Both the position numbers and the translations under genes were made by a program. Positions 57,393 through 64,000 of a stretch of DNA of 64,000 nucleotides are shown here, piece after piece. Numbering within the stretch: position 1 is the stretch's first letter; each line of letters opens with the position of its first letter. Source of the stretch: the human T2T-CHM13v2.0 reference genome, Homo sapiens; assembly GCF_009914755.1 (NCBI RefSeq), contig NC_060932.1. The stretch is one strand, 5' to 3'. The notes beneath the pieces are model-generated. The model had not been told where the DNA came from. It made no database searches and was given only the letters and a program-made list of their open reading frames with translations.

Positions 57393-58680
57393 AATCTATA
57401 AAAAAAATAACAATTCCATTGACAGGAAGGACAATGAAGGTCAGGAAGACAATGCATAACATCTTCAAAGCACTGAAAATATATTCAGCTAGAACTGCAT
57501 GTAACCAAACTCTCTTTTAGTAACAAGGGACAAAGAAAAACACATTTAGATAAGCAAAAACTGAGAAGTCGTGACGAACAGACTCCCTCCAAAGTAATTT
57601 CTTTATAAGAGAACAAAAGAATCTCAGAAAGAGTCTAAGAGGCATGAATGTGAATAAACAAAATTTATATGACTGATAAGGTTATGATAAAAATGTTCAA
57701 TGTATAAGACCACAAAAATTAAGATATGTACATAAATTTCTATACAAAAAATAGCATAAATGTCAGGAGGAGAAGAAAATGGGAGAAAGGCCAACTGAGG
57801 CTCTTAGATTTTGGGGAGGAGGGTAAAGCTGTTGATTAACTTTACATCTTGTTAAATTAAACATGCATGTTATATTTTCTGGGTCATTACTAAAAACAGA
57901 AATAATTTATCATTTAGAAAATACTAAGGAATGGAACAAAAACTTAATCCAAAGGAGAGAAAGAAAGGAGTAAAAGGGGAGATAAACTTGGGAGAAAATT
58001 AGAAAATACAAAATAATAATAATCACATTAAGTATAAATGGACTAATATCTGCAGTTCAAAGATAAAGACTGTCAGACTAGATTTTTTTTTTGAAATCTA
58101 GTTATATTCTGTTTAGAAGAAGTAAACTTAACACTTTAGAACACAGTAAGGTTTAATTGGAAAAGATATATTTACACAGATGAAAGTAGGAGAATTATTT
58201 TAATAATAGAAAAAATAAACATCAGAAATAAAAACATTAATGACAATGAAGAAGATTATTACATGTTCATAAAAGTTTCACCTCAACAGAAAGATGTATC
58301 CATTCTAAATTTATACAAATTCAATAAAATAGCTTCAAAATATATAAAGGTTAATTTGGAAGAATATAGGAAGAATTTTACATACCAATCGTGATAGTGG
58401 GGGATTCCAATGTACCTCTTTAGCAATTGATAGATCAAGCAGGCAAGACAACATAAGCTGGATTTAAAGGTCATTACATATAAATATTACATTTTGGGCC
58501 ACAAAGCAAATGTCAATGAATATTTGAAAAACCTTTTTCTTATAGACAACAATCTCTGGCCATAGCACAATTAAATTAGACACCAATAGCAAAATGTTCA
58601 TTCTACACACTCAAAAATTGAAGTTTTAAAAATTAAAAATAAGCTGAATCATCCATGGGTCAAAAGAAGTTCTAACTTCT

Positions 58681-58985
58681 CTTTTTTTTTTTTTTTTTTT
58701 TTTTGAGACAGAGTCTCACTTATCACCCATGCTGGAGTGTAGTGGCACGATCTCGGCCCACTGCAACCTCTGCCTCCTTGATTCAAGCGATTCTGCTGCC
58801 TCAGCCTTCCAAGTAGCTGAGATTACAGGCATGCGCCACCATCCCCGGCTAATTTTTGTATTTTTAGTAGAGATGGGGTTTCACTGTGTTGGCCAGTCTG
58901 GTCTCGATCTCCTGACCTCAGGTGATCTGCCTGCCTCAGCCTCCCAAAGTGCTAGGATTACAGGCGTGAGCCGCGTGCCCGGCCT
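58681..58985 (-). mobile_element. Alu (AluS-like)
   Basis: 16-bp TSD agaagttctaacttct. Confidence 0.95.
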
Positions 58986-59199
58986 AGAAGTTCTAACTTC
59001 TTAGAAAATATTTGGAATTACAAAGTAAGGAAAATGCTGTACCTGAATGCTTGGGTATTGCAATAAAAGCTGTACTTAGCAAAACAACAAAAACAACAAA
59101 CAAACAAACGACTCATAGCCTTAAATTTTAAATCTGTTTGGGTTTAAAATGTACCCAAATAATACAGAAGAAAGAAAACGTTAAATAAATATACCTCTC

Positions 59200-61100
59200 T
59201 TATTACTTTATGGCTGCTATTTAACATTGTTATTCCTCTGTTTCCCTTCTTATTTTTTTTGGTCTTCTTGTGTTGCTATATATTTTATCTTTATCTTGTT
59301 AATTTAGGAGTTCTATCATAATATTCCATTCAATTAATGACCTGGCTTTCTCCTGCTCTCTAGATCAGACCAAATGACGCTATTGTCCTATTATTTCGAT
59401 GGTATCACTCCCTCTGAGCTCTACTTTCTCCTCTACTGATTTCTTCTTGATTCCTTCATATTTTGCTCACCATCTAATGGAATGAAATCTTTAGAATTCT
59501 TCATTTTCCCCTTTTCTGCCTTCTCTCATATCCCTCAGTCCTTAATTAAACTTTGAGATGATTTTACTTCCTGTTGCATTCTTAATTCCAACGTATTGCT
59601 AAAATAGTTTAATACATATACATCAGATTTTCACTTACCATCTTTTTGTTCTCAGGGTCCGCATTAGGGACTTACGTAACACATTGTATCTTTATCCGTG
59701 AACATTTAATGACATATTTATACAGCCAAGACGTTGTTCATCTCCCATTCTTTCCGGCTTACCTTCCCCCATCCGATGCTTCTGATCCAGTTCATTTGGT
59801 CCTTGGAAAGCTCCTTTTCTGAAGTATTTACCTCGGGTGGGGTACTCAATGATTTATTCTCTGCATTAATGCGTGTTCTCAAATATCTCTGTGTGTTTCA
59901 TGTTGCTATAACAGAATACCCGAGGCTGGGTAATTTATAAAAAGGTTTATTTAGCTCACAATTCTACAGACTTGGAAATTCAAGGGCATGACCCTCGCTC
60001 CTGGCGAGGGCTTTTGTGCTGTGCACATTATGGTGGAGAAGGTAAAAGGGGAAGCAGATACATGAGAAGAGGCAAACCTGAGGGGCATTCTGTCTTTATA
60101 GCAATCCACTCTTCAGGAATTAATCCATTCCTATAACTAATCCAGTGTCACTGGAGCAAGAACTCACTCACTACCTAGATAATGGCACCAAGCCATTCAT
60201 GAGGGATCCACACCCATGATTCAAACGCCTCCCGCTAGCCCGCACCTCCCAACATCACCACTTTGAAAACCAAATTTCAACTTGCATTTTGGTGGGCACA
60301 AACCATACCCAAATCATAGACCTTTCTCTCACCTTAATAGATAAACAACTGCCTAGTATAGAATTCCTGGGATTTTCTCTCAGTTGCATGAATTTACAAA
60401 TTCACTGTCTTCTAGTTTTCTGAGTTGCAGGCAAGAAGTCCCATGACAGTTTTATTTTTTTTTCTTCCAAAAAAGAAAAAAACCTGGAAATTTATTTTAC
60501 CAAGATATGCCCACCTGCCTGTTTTTCTTAAGAATTCAGCTAAGAATTCTGAGCTTTTCTTCTTTGAAGACAGGCTTAGGAAAACTTTCTCCTACATTGT
60601 ATAAAATTATTTCTTCTACTCCATGTGTTCTTTCTTCCTCTTTTACAACGTCTGTTATTCAAATGATAGGCATCCTGCTTCTATTTTCCGAATCTCTCAC
60701 CTTTTCCATTATGATTTCTACCTCTGTATTTTGCTCTGGGATTTGTGATGCTGTTTGTACTTGACCTTCCAGGCTACTCATTCCATTCTCATCAATCACC
60801 ATCCATTTTCTTAATTCCTCTACTGAAATAGTAAGGTTTTCAAAAGCTCTAGGAAGTCTTTTTCTTTTACTTGCTGTTCTGTTGTTTTGTTCTTAAGGGT
60901 TTTTTTAACTTTTTATTTAGGAACTTATTTGCACCACCAGGTCTGTGCCGCTGCTTGTGTTATCTGATGGTTGTATCGATTTGTCCTCTCTTTGGCTTCC
61001 GAACAAAGTTAAATATACTATTATTTTTCTCTGATGGCCTATTTGAGCTCAGGCTTATTTTTTTGTGTACTACTCTAAAGATCAGGAAACTCTCAGGCCA
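59200..61100 (-). mobile_element. Old L1M fragments, opposite orientation
   Basis: Switch to a T-rich strand. ttcactgtcttctagttttctgagttgcaggcaagaagtc and ggaaaactttctcctacatt are antisense L1 ORF1-like. Confidence 0.45.
59883..60321 (-). mobile_element. MST (MSTB/C-like) MaLR solo LTR
   Basis: gttgctataacagaatacccgaggctgggtaatttataa...aaaccatacccaaatcata. Confidence 0.82.
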
Positions 61101-61848
61101 AGGGATCTCATTCCTGTGAGCCGGGTTGTAGAAAATGACACACCTGGGGACACATCCTCTCAATGGCTCAGGTGTCTCAGAGGCATTTAGAGGAAGCATT
61201 CCTGCTCCCAGGATTATCTTGGGCTCTCCCAGTGCTAAGGGCAGGAAAAACTTGTCCAAATCTTTAAGTCCCTTGGGGAGTCCTGGCACACTCAGGTAGG
61301 ACAGGGTGGAAGCTCTCCCCCCACCAAGGGTGCACATGGCTTGGCAAGACTTGCTCTTGTCTCCAGCTCACCCGGCTCAACACCACCTCTTTCTGTGAGG
61401 GAGGGGAGCTCCTGAGAGCGCAGGGTCTCGTTTATATTCACTGTGGGTCCTGAATCTTGAAAGGCAAATATCTTGGATTTGGGTGTGGAAGGGAAGATAA
61501 TTTCACTTAAAGGACCATTTTCTGAAAATTCCCTGCCCAGTTGTTTCTCCTGTAAAAATAGAAAATTTAGACTAGTGTTAGATAATACTGAAGAGCTCTT
61601 TTGGCTCCAAAAAAATCTATACATTTGACAGCTACAGTAATTGATGGGATTAGAACATGTCACGAAAGGAACATTTTAGGGCAGGTTCTTTTACGAAGAG
61701 AAGAGTTTTTGGGCTGTAATGCAGATAGGAAAAATCGGGAGACAAGAAACTGAGCTTGAGACTGGATGACAAATGCCTCCAGTTTTTATATCTTCAAATT
61801 CTGATCATATACAAAATATAAAGTGTTTTCTTCCCATAACCTAGAGAA

Positions 61849-62081
61849 GAGATGGGGTCTTACTCTGTCGCCCAGGCTGGAATGCAGTGGTGCGACCTCG
61901 GCTCACTGCAACCTCTGTCTCCTGGGTTCAAGCAATTCTCCTGCCTCAGCCTCCCCAAGTAGCTGAGACGGGCTTTCACCATGTTGGCCAGGCTGGTCTC
62001 GAACTCCTGACATCAAATGATACACCTGTCTCGGCCTCCCAAAGTGCTGGGGATTACAGGTGTGAGCCACTGCGCCCAGCC
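61849..62081 (-). mobile_element. Alu with an internal deletion and no tail
   Basis: agtagctgagac|gggctttcacc junction. Confidence 0.9.
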
Positions 62082-62084
62082 TGG

Positions 62085-62205
62085 AAGTTCTCAAATTTTG
62101 ATGTGCACATGAATTCCCTGAAGTCACATCGCTGCAGGTTCTGATTCAGCAGGTCTGGGATCAGGCTGGAGATTCTTACCAGTGAGGACACCCACACTGC
62201 TTGCC
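62085..62205. mobile_element. MER5-like hAT-Charlie fragment
   Basis: gttctcaaattttgatgtgcacatgaattccctg...ttctgattcagcaggtctgggatcaggctggagattc. Confidence 0.65.
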
Positions 62206-62251
62206 TGTAATCGCATTTCAGTAGCGAGGCCTGGAGTATTTGTAATGGTGT

Positions 62252-62270
62252 ATAGCCCTCTGGTGGCCAT
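62252..62270 (-). promoter_or_regulatory. Candidate CTCF site
   Basis: Minus strand ATGGCCACCAGAGGGCTAT, close to the CTCF core consensus. Confidence 0.6.
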
Positions 62271-64000
62271 AGCGGGAATGTACAACCATTTTGTTACACA
62301 CTGGTACCTTCTTTTTCTGCGACTGTTAAAAAAATAAATCCCTCCCCAAAGCCAGCAACTGATGTAGCTGTAACCAGCATAATATTGGCAAAGCCAACAT
62401 AGTTTATTAATTTGGACTCTATTAGTTGGGAATTTGGAGTCATTCCAGACAGACCACACTGCCAGTGACGATTAACGAAGAGACATGTTTAGTCTACTTA
62501 AACGCTAAGGCAAATGCATTTTTTCCAAAACAACATGAGAAACCAACCTCGTAGTAGCCTTTATATACAAATAATAAGTGAGTAACAAATGATTCATTTT
62601 TATTAGTTTTTTTAAAATTCTCTAAGGCTTTTAATTTGATTCCCCTATCCCTGTCAAGTGGTGCCATAAATTGCGTTTTTTATACAGGGTTCTCCAATTC
62701 AGGCCTGTCTCTATGAATCAGACTAGCCTACTCTTTAATTAAGAAAAATGGGGCAGTTTTATAGTAATTTTGAATTTCTCAGACTTTTGGCTCCTCTCAG
62801 TCTATGCTTCTCAAACAGAAAATTAAAAAAGGGCTATAGCACTTGACTAACTATTGTCAGTGGTTCAAATTAAACAAAGAACGCATAAATGTTTGGAAGG
62901 TATTCAACTTAGGAAACACTACTTTTTTCTGTTTTTTTTTTTTTTTTGCTACAAATATGCTTCTTATTTTGAATGTTAATAGACACATTTCCTGGCTTTG
63001 CCATGGTAAATAGATAAATGTTCCAGAAATCATTCCATTTTTTGAGATAACAAAATTATTATCATTCTAGGATGGAAAGTGAACATCCTACCCAAAGAAT
63101 GTACATATACGCAAACTCGAAGTCCACCTCATTGAAATAAACTTGCAAACTATTGTCAATATCAACTTGACGCTGACATAAACCTCTTACCTCATGTGTC
63201 ACCCGTTATCACTGGACCGTAGCCCTGAGCAGATACTGGAAAATCGTTCACTGGCTCAGGGGAAGTTTCCTGAGAATAGTCATGACAGTGTCCCTGTTTG
63301 TATGTGGACGCTAAATGAGATCCCAAAATGAGACTGTTTGCTTTGCTGATTTTCCGTAGTATCATTATATCCCTTTATGTTACAAGAGTTTCACAGATCT
63401 TGTACATTCTAGGAAGTTTTATATGTTGATTCAAACCTTTTATTTATCAGCCTTATAAAAACAACTGGAGTAATTACTACTAATGATCTGGGCTTGGCAA
63501 TTATTGAGAGAACTGTCTGCATAAATAATTTCAAAGGCTCCTGTTTGGGGGTTTAGGAGTTAGGGTGACTTTTTCTGTAAAGACTTGGTGAGAAGTACAG
63601 AAAAATGGTTATTTCTAGATGTTTCCCTACCCTTAGAGCCTCTAAAATCAAACAACAGTTTATATGCATTTCTGACTCAGGTTCATGTGGATCATGAATA
63701 TAACCAGACGTCACCTGTTAATGGCCTTGATAGTTGGTTTATTAACCTTGATAGTTTCATTACATTTTAAAATATCTATCATAGAGATAAAGCAGGTGAA
63801 TATTCCCCATGCCTAGCAGCTGGTTTTGCTTATCTGCAATTCATAAGTGTTCATTACATCAAGGTATAAGGAAGGAACAGAACCTGGATTGATACCTGAA
63901 ATTCAAGACATCAGTCACTTTCTACTTTAAAATCTAATTGATCCCTTTCTTTAATTTAATTTTATTTTTTGTTTGTTTTTGATTTTGTTGTTGCTGTTGT

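Overview
This is human (or very closely related hominid) genomic DNA. It contains the last two coding exons (7131-7882 and 16290-17438) and the 3' UTR of PRAG1 (Pragmin/SgK223/PEAK2), a pseudokinase scaffold gene at 8p23.1, on the + strand. About 46 kb of repeat-rich intergenic DNA follows: roughly 35 Alus across the whole window, old L1M/L2/MIR, MaLR/ERV solo LTRs, a near-full-length decayed Tigger1, and MER82/MER58/MER94/MER5/MADE1 DNA-transposon relics. Nearly all other ORFs in the track are Alu-derived, low-complexity or GC-shadow artefacts. I found no convincing new protein-coding gene or multi-gene system. The most unusual structures are: a PATRR-like AT-rich block of nested inverted repeats in the last PRAG1 intron, a templated insertion inside Tigger1, a multi-layer transposon nest with readable TSDs, a MADE1 hairpin, a spacer-less 42-bp palindrome, and candidate CTCF and AP-1 elements. 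Repeat subfamily names and PRAG1 residue numbers come from recalled consensus/reference sequences, not from a search, and boundaries of old repeats are approximate.
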